Below, one piece after another: positions 44,401 to 53,427 of a DNA stretch of 64,000 nucleotides. Under the pieces are notes generated by a model. It made no database searches. It had not been told where the DNA came from and saw only the letters and a program-made list of their open reading frames with translations. The number at the start of each line of letters is the position of its first letter. The first letter of the stretch is position 1. Source of the stretch: a virus. Taxonomy: Duplodnaviria; Caudoviricetes. Both the position numbers and the translations under genes were made by a program. The stretch covers positions 4,922 through 68,921 of IMG/VR virus record IMGVR_UViG_3300037467_001552; one strand, 5' to 3'.

Positions 44401-45720
44401 ATGGCAATCCAGTCGTTCCCGGCTGCCCTCCAGCCCATCATTCAGGCCGGTTTCCTCGAGCAGAAGTTCGAAGAAGGTCTCTCGTCCGTCCTCGGCTACC
44501 GCCAGGCCGCCAAGCGCGAGAACTTCCGGACCAACATCGGTGAGACCCTCACCAAGACCCGTCCGGGCCTCAAGGCGCCGGTCACCGCGCCGCTGACCCC
44601 CTCGGCGAACACGAACTTCGACAACGGCCTGTCGGCGTCCACCTGGACGATCGAGCAGTACACCGCGACCCTGCGGATGTACGGCGACACCCAAGACCTG
44701 AACATGGTCACCAACCGGGTGGGCATCGTCGACCAGTTCCTTCACAACGCCCGCGTCAACGGCGTCCAGGCCGGTCAGTCGCTCGATCGCCTCGCCCGCA
44801 ACAAGCTGTATGCGGCCTACATGGGCGGCAACACCAGCGTGCGCACGACCCTCGGCTCGCCGGCCGCCACCATCGCGGTGGACGACATCACCGGCTTCGC
44901 GACCGTCCTCGTGAACGGCCAGCCGACCCCGGTGTCCGGCTCCAACCCGCTGAGCGTGGTCGTCGGTTCCAACACCTACTCGCTGACCGGCGTCACCGCT
45001 GACGGCTCCAACGTCTCCAAGGCGTTCAACGGCGTCTCGGGCACGCTGACCTTCTCGGGCAACGTCACCGTCAACGACGCCACTGCCGGCAACGCGGTCG
45101 TCTCGGTCTACGCGCCGAAGATCCTGCGCCCGTCGGGCCGCACCACCACGGGCGCCCTCCAGACCGGCGACCTGCTGACCATGGGCCTCGTGCTCGACGC
45201 CGTCGCCCAGCTCCGCTCGAACGCCGTCCCGGCCATCGACGGCTACTACAACGTTCACCTCGACCCGATCTCCGGCCGCCAGCTCTTCGCGGATCCGGAC
45301 TTCAAGCTGCTCTTCCAGGGTCAGTCGGCCTCGAAGGAGTTCGCCATGGGCCGCGTGATCGAGCTGCTCGACTGCCGCTTCATCCCGACCACCGAGGCGC
45401 CGGTTCAGGCTCACCCCTCGACCGCCAACCTGAACGTGCGTCGCCCGATCGTCGTCGGCGCCGAGTGCCTGCTCGAGTGTGACTACGAGGGCATGGGCGC
45501 GGATGACATCGCCCGCGGCGACAGCATCGTCGACATGGTCGACGGCATCGTCCAGGTGACCCGTGAGCCGCTGGATCGCCTCCAGCAGATCATCGCCCAG
45601 TCCTGGTACTGGATCGGTGATTTCGTCGCCCCGTCGGACTTCACCGTGAACCCCACGATTGTGCCGTCCGCCTCTCAGGCTTATTTCAAGCGCGCTGTCA
45701 CGCTTGAGATTGCCGGCTAA
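44401..45720 (+). CDS. Major capsid protein
   Basis: 439 aa, strongly biased codons, after scaffold, followed by a terminator. Confidence 0.85.
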   Translation: MAIQSFPAALQPIIQAGFLEQKFEEGLSSVLGYRQAAKRENFRTNIGETLTKTRPGLKAPVTAPLTPSANTNFDNGLSASTWTIEQYTATLRMYGDTQDLNMVTNRVGIVDQFLHNARVNGVQAGQSLDRLARNKLYAAYMGGNTSVRTTLGSPAATIAVDDITGFATVLVNGQPTPVSGSNPLSVVVGSNTYSLTGVTADGSNVSKAFNGVSGTLTFSGNVTVNDATAGNAVVSVYAPKILRPSGRTTTGALQTGDLLTMGLVLDAVAQLRSNAVPAIDGYYNVHLDPISGRQLFADPDFKLLFQGQSASKEFAMGRVIELLDCRFIPTTEAPVQAHPSTANLNVRRPIVVGAECLLECDYEGMGADDIARGDSIVDMVDGIVQVTREPLDRLQQIIAQSWYWIGDFVAPSDFTVNPTIVPSASQAYFKRAVTLEIAG

Positions 45721-45733
45721 GGCATAAATACTT

Positions 45734-45767
45734 GGGCCGGGCGACAATGCCCGGCCCTTCCTCTTTT
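45734..45767 (+). terminator. Terminator after major capsid gene
   Basis: gggccgggc-gacaat-gcccggccc ttcctctttt. Confidence 0.7.
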
Positions 45768-45778
45768 GGGAGGCGCGC

Positions 45779-46015
45779 ATGCCGCTTGGAACAACTTATA
45801 TCCCTGAGACGATCACGGACGTTGTCAACGGCGTTCATGTGGCTCGCACGGCGACCGCTTTCAGCGCTGCCCATCCCGGCGCGACCCTGACCCCGAGCAA
45901 GTCGTTCCGGTTCAGCTACAACGGCGCGACCCTGCACTTCACCAAGGGCGTCCCGTTCGTCACCGACGCCAAGCTCACCGCGGCGCTCACCGCCGCCAAC
46001 GCCCCGGTGGCGTGA
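45779..46015 (+). CDS. Small virion/head protein
   Basis: 78 aa after the capsid gene. Confidence 0.6.
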   Translation: MPLGTTYIPETITDVVNGVHVARTATAFSAAHPGATLTPSKSFRFSYNGATLHFTKGVPFVTDAKLTAALTAANAPVA

Positions 46016-46221
46016 TGGCGCGCGCGCCCCGCAAGCCCGAGGCGCCCGAGGCGGCGCCCCAGGCGGATCTGCCCAAGGCCGTCCGGCTCACGCACCCCTA
46101 CGCCTACTTCACCGACACGAACGTCCTGCGCGCGTGGGACGTCGACCATGTCGAGACCGATGCCGACGAGATCGCCACGCTGATCGAGCGCGGCGCCCCG
46201 GTCGTCGAGCATCAGGACTGA
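46015..46221 (+). CDS. Small head-associated protein
   Basis: VRLTHPYAYF..W..D..EIATLIERGAPV. Confidence 0.6.
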   Translation: MARAPRKPEAPEAAPQADLPKAVRLTHPYAYFTDTNVLRAWDVDHVETDADEIATLIERGAPVVEHQD

Positions 46222-46244
46222 ATCCTCACTTATAGGTAACGGCG

Positions 46245-46637
46245 ATGTCGTTCACTGCCAGCCAAAAGGTAGACATTCGCCGTCACGCAGGTTATCCGGC
46301 CTTCGGCAACGTCAACAGCGTTCAGGGCGGCTTTCAAAGCTTTCGCTTTTTCGCCGCTTACGGTGAACTAGAGTTCCGCATGAACAACATGGCCCCCGAA
46401 GAGGAGACGGTTGTTCTTAACTACGTCACGGAACTCAACACGCTGGAGACCGACATCTTCGGCACCCGGACCAACCTCGACATCAAGAAGGCCGCCGTCT
46501 ACGAGGCCAACCCGCAAGAACAGCTTCAGCGCGAGGCGCTCTACGCCAGCTTCCGGCGCAAGCTGTGCGCCTTCCTGGGCGTGCCGGCCGGGCCGGGCCT
46601 CGGCGTCAGCGGCAACAGCGCCACGATGGTGGTCTGA
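46245..46637 (+). CDS. Head-tail adaptor
   Basis: KVDIRRHAGYP..LEFRMNNM..RRKLCAFLGV; synteny. Confidence 0.65.
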   Translation: MSFTASQKVDIRRHAGYPAFGNVNSVQGGFQSFRFFAAYGELEFRMNNMAPEEETVVLNYVTELNTLETDIFGTRTNLDIKKAAVYEANPQEQLQREALYASFRRKLCAFLGVPAGPGLGVSGNSATMVV

Positions 46638-47296
46638 TGGACGCCGCCACGATCCAGGCTAAGATCTACAGGGGTTACGGCCTGGCGGCATCGAGGCTCG
46701 GCTACCCCTACGCGGTCTACCGCCCGGCCGGTCCGACGGCGCCGCTCGGCACGCTCCTCAACCCGGCGCTGAACGCGACCTTCACGTCGGCGTCCACGCA
46801 GGATTTCAACTTCAATCGCAGCACCGACCGCGAAGTGCCGGACTACCACTGCATGGCCGACATGACCGGCCTCGCAGCGAGCGACATCTTCGTTCATCCC
46901 GAGTGGGGCACCTACTTCATCACGGCGCTCGACCCGCTCCTGCCGCCGCGCGCGATCCGCGCGACGCAGACGATCAGCGTGACGCGGCCGGGCGAGCAAC
47001 CCGGCTTCGGCGCGCAGCCCTATGGCGGATCGACCCCGTCGACCGAGGTTCCGGTGATGACCGGCGGCTGGCCGGCGGCGATCCTGACCGTCAAGGCCCG
47101 CGGCGAAGGCTCGGAGGTCAACCTGCCGGGCGACGTCCGCACGCCGGGCTACACGATCTACCTGCCCTACCTCGAAGGGACGCTGCTGCGCTCCTCCGAC
47201 ATCGTCGTCGACAGCCTCGGGCGGCGGTTCATCGTCAGTAGCGCCGAGCTTACCGATCAGGGCTGGAACATGGTCACCCGCCAGGCGGAGACATAG
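46637..47296 (+). CDS. Head closure/neck protein
   Basis: MDAATIQAKIYRGYG..; synteny. Confidence 0.6.
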   Translation: MDAATIQAKIYRGYGLAASRLGYPYAVYRPAGPTAPLGTLLNPALNATFTSASTQDFNFNRSTDREVPDYHCMADMTGLAASDIFVHPEWGTYFITALDPLLPPRAIRATQTISVTRPGEQPGFGAQPYGGSTPSTEVPVMTGGWPAAILTVKARGEGSEVNLPGDVRTPGYTIYLPYLEGTLLRSSDIVVDSLGRRFIVSSAELTDQGWNMVTRQAET

Positions 47297-47299
47297 CCC

Positions 47300-48142
47300 A
47301 TGGCGGACGAATCCCAGGTTCTCGACACGCTCGTCGGCGTCATCTCCGGGGCGCTGTATCCCAACGGCACGAGCCAGCCATCGGCCGCCGGCATGCCCTG
47401 CCGGGTCTATGCGGGCTGGCCGAACGCGGCGCAGCTCGACAAGGATCTCCGGGACGGCGTCTCGAACATCTCGGTGTTCGCGCGCAACGGTGTCGAGCAG
47501 GTGGTGACCCGCTATCCCCGCGAGTGGGAGACGCTGACACCGCCTGCGCACACGATCACAGCGACCATCGTCGACGACAAGTGCACGTTCGGCGGCACGA
47601 TCTCGACGCCACAGAACGTCGCTGTGCGGATACCGGGCCACGACCCGGTCGTCTACGCTGTCCAAGCCACGGACACTCTCAGCGGCCTCGCCAGCGCAAT
47701 CCAGGCCCTCTTGAGCGCCAAGGGTGCGACCTGCTCGGCCAACGGCGCGGTCCTGACGTCGCCCAGCGGCTTCAGCTTCGCCCGCATCGGCGGTGTCGGC
47801 ACGGCGATCCGCGAGCTGCGGCGCCAGAACAAGTCGATCCAGGTCACACTCTGGTGCTCCAGCCCCAGCAATCGCTCTGCGGTCGCGAGCGTCATCGACA
47901 CAGCGATGGCGCTCCTGAACTTCATCAACCTTCCGGACGGTTCGTCTGGTCTGGTGCGCTACGAGCGGACCACGACCGACGACGCGCCCCAGAAGGAACT
48001 GCTCTGGCGGCGCGACCTGTTCTACTGGGTCGAATACCCCACGACGCAGGTCATCTCGGCCACCGAGATCCTCGACACCGTCTCCAACATCACGGGCAGC
48101 CAAGTCCCCAGCGCGGCGCCTCCCGTTTCCTTCAATTCGTGA
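47300..48142 (+). CDS. Tail completion/neck protein
   Basis: RVYAGWP..ELRRQ..LWRRDLFYWVEYPT; precedes the sheath. Confidence 0.6.
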   Translation: MADESQVLDTLVGVISGALYPNGTSQPSAAGMPCRVYAGWPNAAQLDKDLRDGVSNISVFARNGVEQVVTRYPREWETLTPPAHTITATIVDDKCTFGGTISTPQNVAVRIPGHDPVVYAVQATDTLSGLASAIQALLSAKGATCSANGAVLTSPSGFSFARIGGVGTAIRELRRQNKSIQVTLWCSSPSNRSAVASVIDTAMALLNFINLPDGSSGLVRYERTTTDDAPQKELLWRRDLFYWVEYPTTQVISATEILDTVSNITGSQVPSAAPPVSFNS

Positions 48143-48150
48143 GGTTCCTC

Positions 48151-48342
48151 ATGTCTTTCGAGCTGACCGTCCTGCATGCCTTCGGCCAGTACGCCAAGGG
48201 CGCGTACATCTGGGTGAAGGAGGAGGTCGAGGCGATCCTGAACTCCGAGCACGCCCATCACGTGATCAAAGTCCCCGTCGGCACGCACACCGCCGCCGAG
48301 GCCGCTGCCGAGCCCGCCAAGGCCGAGGGCGCCGAGGGCTGA
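48151..48342 (+). CDS. Small virion protein
   Basis: LTVLHAFGQYAKG.. Confidence 0.55.
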   Translation: MSFELTVLHAFGQYAKGAYIWVKEEVEAILNSEHAHHVIKVPVGTHTAAEAAAEPAKAEGAEG

Positions 48343-48571
48343 TCGCGGCCGAGAGCTGCGTCGCCACACCGAGTTTTCTGCCGGCGCGGTGAGCCCGCCG
48401 GTCACTCCTTAGACCTGCGACCCCTCTCCTCTGCCTGCGGCCGATGCCAGCGGCGGAGCGAGACCGCTCGTGCTCACGAGACCGCGGTCTGCTCCCCACA
48501 GCGCTGGCAAGTCTTCATCCCGGCTTGGGGTGGTGCCTGCGCGCATTCCCCAAGCACAATCAGGATAAAAG

Positions 48572-50110
48572 ATGGCTCAGGTTGTCCAGCAGGGGCAGAT
48601 TAACACTGCCGCATTGCAGGTTAGCGATGTCTATGTTTCCGTAATCGCGCCCCAACTACTGATTAACGGCGTCGCCACCAACGTCATCGGCGTGGTCGGC
48701 ACCGCTTCGTGGGGTCAGGTCGGCGGCGCGCCGGGTCTCATCGGCAGCTACGCGCAGCACGTCGCGAACTACGGCCCGATGAAGGCCCGCACCTACGACG
48801 GCGCCACCGCGGTGTTCAACATTTTCCAGCAGGGCACGCAGCCGGTCGTGCGGTTCGTGCGCGTCACCGACGGCACCGACGTCGCCGCGACGGCCTCGAT
48901 CCAGACGAGCTGCCTCACGATCACGTCGAAGTATACCGGCTCGCTCGCCAACAACGACACGGTCTCGATCGGACCGGGCTCGGCGGCCAACAGCTACCGC
49001 GTCGTGGTGGCCCGCCCCGGCCAGGTCGGTGAGGTCTACGACAACATCACCGGCACCGGCAACGCGCTGTGGGTGAACATCGCCGCCGCGATCAACGGCG
49101 GTCAGTCCGGCCTGCGCGGCCCGTCGAACCTCGTCGTCGCCACGGCCGGCGCCGGCTCGACCGCTCCGACCACCGCCACCTACACCCTGACGGGCGGCAC
49201 CGACGGCGTGACCACGATCACCTCGGCTGTGATGGTCGGCGTCGACAGCCTGCCGCGGACCGGCATGTACGCGCTGCGCGGCTCCGGCTGCTCGGTGGCG
49301 ATGCTCACCGACGTGTCGGACTCGACCACCTACGCCACGCAGATCAGCTTCGGCGCCGCCGAGGGCATCTACATGATCGCGACCGGCCCGTCCGGCGACA
49401 CGATCACCAATGCCGTCTCGGTTAAGGCGAGCGCGGGCGTCGACAGTTACGCCCTGAAGCTCATGCTGGGCGACTGGGTCTACTTCCTCGACAGCGTCAA
49501 CGGCGTCACCCGCCTTGTGCCGTCGCAGGCGTTCGTGGCTGGCCTGCTCGGCAACCTGCGGCCGAACGAGAGCACGCTCAACAAGCAGATCTACGGCGTT
49601 GTCGGCACCCAGAAGTCCTACACGGGCGTGCCCTACACCAACGCCGAGCTTCAGGTGCTCGCCCAGGCCGGCATCGACGTGGTCTGCAACCCGGTGCCGG
49701 GCGGCAACTACTTCGGCTGCCGTAACGGCCGGAATACTTCGAGCAATGCTTCCATTCATGGTGATAACTACACCAGAATGACCAACTTCATCGCGTTTAC
49801 CATCGCGTCGGGCGTCGGCAAGTATGTCGGCACGCTCCAGACCGAGAGCCAGCAGCGCAAGGCGAAGGTCACGCTGGATAGCTTCTTCGCCAACCTCCAG
49901 CAGCAGGGGCTGATCGGCGACGTCAACGGCCCGAACGCTTGGAAGGTGCAGTTGGACAAGAACAACAACCCGTTCTCGCGGGTCAGCCTCGGCTACGAGC
50001 AGGCCGACATCCAGGTCACCTACCAGAGCGTCACCGAATACTTCCTCGTCAACATGCAGGGCGGCCAGACGGTCAGCATCGACCGCACGACCACGGCGGT
50101 GAGCTTCTAA
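48572..50110 (+). CDS. Tail sheath protein
   Basis: 512 aa; GVVGTASWG, VRFVRVTDGTD, AGIDVVCNP; followed by tube gene. Confidence 0.85.
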   Translation: MAQVVQQGQINTAALQVSDVYVSVIAPQLLINGVATNVIGVVGTASWGQVGGAPGLIGSYAQHVANYGPMKARTYDGATAVFNIFQQGTQPVVRFVRVTDGTDVAATASIQTSCLTITSKYTGSLANNDTVSIGPGSAANSYRVVVARPGQVGEVYDNITGTGNALWVNIAAAINGGQSGLRGPSNLVVATAGAGSTAPTTATYTLTGGTDGVTTITSAVMVGVDSLPRTGMYALRGSGCSVAMLTDVSDSTTYATQISFGAAEGIYMIATGPSGDTITNAVSVKASAGVDSYALKLMLGDWVYFLDSVNGVTRLVPSQAFVAGLLGNLRPNESTLNKQIYGVVGTQKSYTGVPYTNAELQVLAQAGIDVVCNPVPGGNYFGCRNGRNTSSNASIHGDNYTRMTNFIAFTIASGVGKYVGTLQTESQQRKAKVTLDSFFANLQQQGLIGDVNGPNAWKVQLDKNNNPFSRVSLGYEQADIQVTYQSVTEYFLVNMQGGQTVSIDRTTTAVSF

Positions 50111-50166
50111 GCCCACCGTCCAAGTCCTGAACCCTGACCCATCCCTGCATTTTCTGAGGCAAGCTT

Positions 50167-50595
50167 ATGCCTGGTCCTTTTAATACCGGCCGCGACGTAT
50201 CCATCGACATCGCCGGCCCGAACGGCATCATCAACCTCTCGATCGTCACCGACTTCAACTCGCACCAGATGGTGTCCAAGCTGAAGTCGTCGGCCATCGA
50301 CGGCGTCACCCGGTTCTTCAACGTCCCGGACGGCTGGGGCGGGTCGGTTTCGATCGACCGCGCCAACCGCGCGCTCGACGACCTGATCACGCTGTACGAG
50401 AACGCCTACTATCAGGGCAACACGTTCGTCTACGGCTCGATCACCGAGACCATCCTCGAGGTCGACGGCTCGATCTCCCAGTGGCGCTACACCAACGTCG
50501 TGTTCAGCTGCTCCGATGCCGGCAACTGGCGCAAGGACAGTAACGTCACCCCGAAGCTCGACTGGGAAGCCTCCCGGCGTATCCCGATCCAGTAA
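50167..50595 (+). CDS. Tail tube protein
   Basis: 142 aa after the sheath. Confidence 0.75.
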   Translation: MPGPFNTGRDVSIDIAGPNGIINLSIVTDFNSHQMVSKLKSSAIDGVTRFFNVPDGWGGSVSIDRANRALDDLITLYENAYYQGNTFVYGSITETILEVDGSISQWRYTNVVFSCSDAGNWRKDSNVTPKLDWEASRRIPIQ

Positions 50596-50675
50596 TCCTT
50601 TCCGGGGCCGCCGAGCATGAGGCGCGGCGGCCCCGCGCTTTCCCGCGCTGAAGCGCTTTCACCACCAGGAAAACC

Positions 50676-51041
50676 ATGGCCAAGGTCACAGTCCACGCCG
50701 CCGATGCGGCTGAGGTCAAGTCCACCGAGCCCGGCACCGCCCGCGTCGTCGGCCCGTCGGGGCGCACCTACAAGGTCAAGCGCCTGACCCCCTTCGACCG
50801 CATGCTGGTGTTCGAGGCCATTGGCTCCGAAGCCAGCCAGAACATTCCATTTTTGACCTACGCCCTTGTCGCCTTCTCGGTGAAGTCGATTGACGAGGAC
50901 GAGTCGTTGCCGCGCGCGTCCAAGAACCAGATCATGGCGATCGTGAAGCGGATCGGCGATGACTGGGATAGCATTAACGAAGCTCTTCGTTCCCTGAACC
51001 CCGTCGATGACGAAGACGAGCGGGCCGCGATAAAAAACTAA
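50676..51041 (+). CDS. Tail assembly chaperone
   Basis: GRTYKVKRL; ends at A AAA AAC TAA slippery site. Confidence 0.7.
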   Translation: MAKVTVHAADAAEVKSTEPGTARVVGPSGRTYKVKRLTPFDRMLVFEAIGSEASQNIPFLTYALVAFSVKSIDEDESLPRASKNQIMAIVKRIGDDWDSINEALRSLNPVDDEDERAAIKN

Positions 51042-51217
51042 CCGAGGCACCCGGCCTGACCGAGATGATCGAATTGAGTCGGGCTGGGGTGCCGTGGCAC
51101 ATCGTTGAATCTTTGTCGGACCGGATGAGAACGGCGCTGTATATCCTCGCTGTGGAGGCGAAGGGAGAGGCGAAGTTCAACTTCGGGACTTGGTCTTGGG
51201 ACAGGCGGGAGGGGTGA
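51032..51217 (+). other. Programmed -1 frameshift extension of the tail chaperone (gpGT-like)
   Basis: A-AAA-AAC at 51032-51038; -1 frame is open: LTEAPGLTEMIELSRAGVPWHIVESL...WDRREG* to 51217. Confidence 0.7.
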
Positions 51218-51679
51218 GTGGCGCAGTCCTTCTCAAGCATTTCCGCCTTCGTCGCGCACATGCAGCGAGTGCTGAACACCTTACCGACCGTGCAACATCA
51301 CGCGCTGGAAAGATCTGCCGACCTTGTCGAGAAGGACGCGCGCGCGCTCATCGGGACATACGATGCGGGATGGGCGCCACTTGCGGAATCAACACTTGAG
51401 GGCTTCAAGGGTTTCCCAGGCAAGGTCGAGTTGGGTTACGCGCCGCCCGACAATCCATTGTTGCGAGACGGCACGTTCCGCGACAGCATCCAGCACAAGG
51501 TTGTGGACGCCAATCACGCCGCTGTCGGATCTGACGACAAGCGCGCAGAGTGGTTTGAGCTAGGGACACCGCACATGCCGGCACGCCCTGTCATGGCGGC
51601 GGCTGGAGCCCGGAAAGCTGAAGAGGCGGCCCATATGATCGGCAATGCCGTCCATGCCCACCTTGTCGGTCGTGGCTAG
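51218..51679 (+). CDS. Virion morphogenesis protein (HK97 gp10-like)
   Basis: WAPLAESTL..PLLRDGTFRDSI..EWFELGTPHMPARPVM. Confidence 0.75.
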   Translation: MAQSFSSISAFVAHMQRVLNTLPTVQHHALERSADLVEKDARALIGTYDAGWAPLAESTLEGFKGFPGKVELGYAPPDNPLLRDGTFRDSIQHKVVDANHAAVGSDDKRAEWFELGTPHMPARPVMAAAGARKAEEAAHMIGNAVHAHLVGRG

Positions 51680-51843
51680 GCCCACAGCCAGATGTTCAGA
51701 GCCACGAAAGCGGCCAGCACGATGATGTATCGGTAATCGTAGACAAAATCGCGCCCAGATTGACCGATTACTTCCGCGCCTAATCTGCCGGTGAACGCGA
51801 TCGTCAGGGCCAGAAATAAGACGCCTATTATGGCGACGAACAT
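51676..51843 (-). CDS. Small two-TM membrane protein (moron-like)
   Basis: MFVAIIGVLFLALTIAFTG..YIIVLAAFVALNIWLWA; antisense to the structural operon. Confidence 0.55.
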   Translation of the reverse strand: MFVAIIGVLFLALTIAFTGRLGAEVIGQSGRDFVYDYRYIIVLAAFVALNIWLWA

Positions 51844-51844
51844 G

Positions 51845-52018
51845 CTACTGCTCCAGGGCGCGCAGCGCCTGCGCCGCGAGACGGCGAAGCGCTTCCGGCC
51901 TCGTCGGCACATCCTCTTGCGCGGCTCTATAACGGTCAAGCGCTGCGAGTTGATCCGGCTGAAGCCGCACACCGATTAGTTCGCCCGCCTGGGCTGCGCG
52001 CGGCTTTCGTGTTTTCAT
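51845..52018 (-). CDS. Ribbon-helix-helix (CopG-like) regulator
   Basis: IGVRLQPDQLAALDRYR..PTRPEALRRL. Confidence 0.75.
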   Translation of the reverse strand: MKTRKPRAAQAGELIGVRLQPDQLAALDRYRAAQEDVPTRPEALRRLAAQALRALEQ

Positions 52019-52048
52019 GATATCGCCAGTTGACGCCATCGCGCTGCC

Positions 52049-53398
52049 ATGCCATCGTGTTATCACGAAACGGCAGCGGAACTCAAGGCAATGCACGAAA
52101 GGGCGTACTACCAGTCGGCAGCTTGGCGCGACCTGCGCCAGAAGGTGTTGGAGAGAGACGGGCTCAGGTGCCGCGGCTGCGGGGCAACGACGCGACTTGA
52201 GATCCATCACATTCGCTACGCCGCAGACCCCGCAGATGACTCGATAGAGGATCTGATAACACTCTGCGGCGGCCCGAACGGCTGCCACCGCGCGATCACG
52301 GCGGCCATTGAGAGGCGCGCCTACGACACTCGAAATCGAGATCGCGTCGTCGAAGAGGCCGCAAAGGCGCTCGCAGACAAGGCGACGGCTCGCAAGCTGA
52401 CCAAGATGGAAGCGGAGCCGAGATGCTCGTCCAATCTGCGCGACGTATTCGGCTATGACCCAGACTCGGGAGTTCTGACATGGAATGCGCCTGTCAGCCG
52501 CAAGCTTAAGGTCGGCCAAGAAGCTGGCTGCTTTCACAAATCGGGCCGCAGGATCGTCAACATATCAGGCGCCCTCGTCTATACTCACTGCATAGCGTGG
52601 TATCTGCACTACGGCACGTGGCCAGAAAAGCACATTACGCATATTGACGGCGATTTGGCAAACAATAGCATCGCAAATCTGCGCTATGCCAATCCAGCGA
52701 CTGATCTGAGGTTCACCAAGATCCTGCGCAGGGACAGCAAGAGCGGATTTAAGGGCGTGTCTAAACACGCCGACAATCTATACAGCGCCAGAATCTACAT
52801 CAACGGTAAGAGAATTAACCTCGGAGCATTCCGAACCGCAGAAGAGGCATCTCAAGCGTACCGCGACGCTGCAAGCAAGTATTTTGGTTGGAACTTCGAT
52901 GAGCCCGCATCGAAGTCGCCCGATGTCGCTGATCGGCTCTTCTCGTATGATGCGGAGAATGGCTCGCTGATTTGGCGAGTCTCGACCTCACCTAGAAACA
53001 AAATTGGATCGCCGGCAGGCTGCACCAACTCGATGGGCTACCGAGTTGTACAGTTTTGCGGGAAAACTGTCTACTCCCACCAGATCGCTTGGCTGATGAC
53101 CTATCGTGTTTGGCCAGACCATGAAATTGATCATATAGACGGCAATCCCAGCAACAATGCAATCAGCAACCTGCGCGCTGCAACAAGAACCGAAAACAAT
53201 CGCAACACCGGCATTCGCAGTAACAACAAGCTGGGAGCGAAGGGAGTGCTCAAGCATAGCGACGGCAGGTTCCGGGCGCGTATCATGGTTGATAGAAAAA
53301 CTATACATTTAGGTCTTTTTGACACAATCGAAGAGGCCGCCTCCGCCTACGCGGCGGCATCCGAACGCTACCACGGATCGTTCGGGAGGACAGAGTAG
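52049..53398 (+). CDS. Multi-domain endonuclease: Cys-type HNH plus two HNH-AP2 units
   Basis: CRGC..EIHH..LITLC..CH; THIDGDLANNSIANLR+AP2; DHIDGNPSNNAISNLR+AP2; lower GC than flanks. Confidence 0.85.
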   Translation: MPSCYHETAAELKAMHERAYYQSAAWRDLRQKVLERDGLRCRGCGATTRLEIHHIRYAADPADDSIEDLITLCGGPNGCHRAITAAIERRAYDTRNRDRVVEEAAKALADKATARKLTKMEAEPRCSSNLRDVFGYDPDSGVLTWNAPVSRKLKVGQEAGCFHKSGRRIVNISGALVYTHCIAWYLHYGTWPEKHITHIDGDLANNSIANLRYANPATDLRFTKILRRDSKSGFKGVSKHADNLYSARIYINGKRINLGAFRTAEEASQAYRDAASKYFGWNFDEPASKSPDVADRLFSYDAENGSLIWRVSTSPRNKIGSPAGCTNSMGYRVVQFCGKTVYSHQIAWLMTYRVWPDHEIDHIDGNPSNNAISNLRAATRTENNRNTGIRSNNKLGAKGVLKHSDGRFRARIMVDRKTIHLGLFDTIEEAASAYAAASERYHGSFGRTE

Positions 53399-53427
53399 CG
53401 CGCAGTACAATAATACGGATGTGACCT

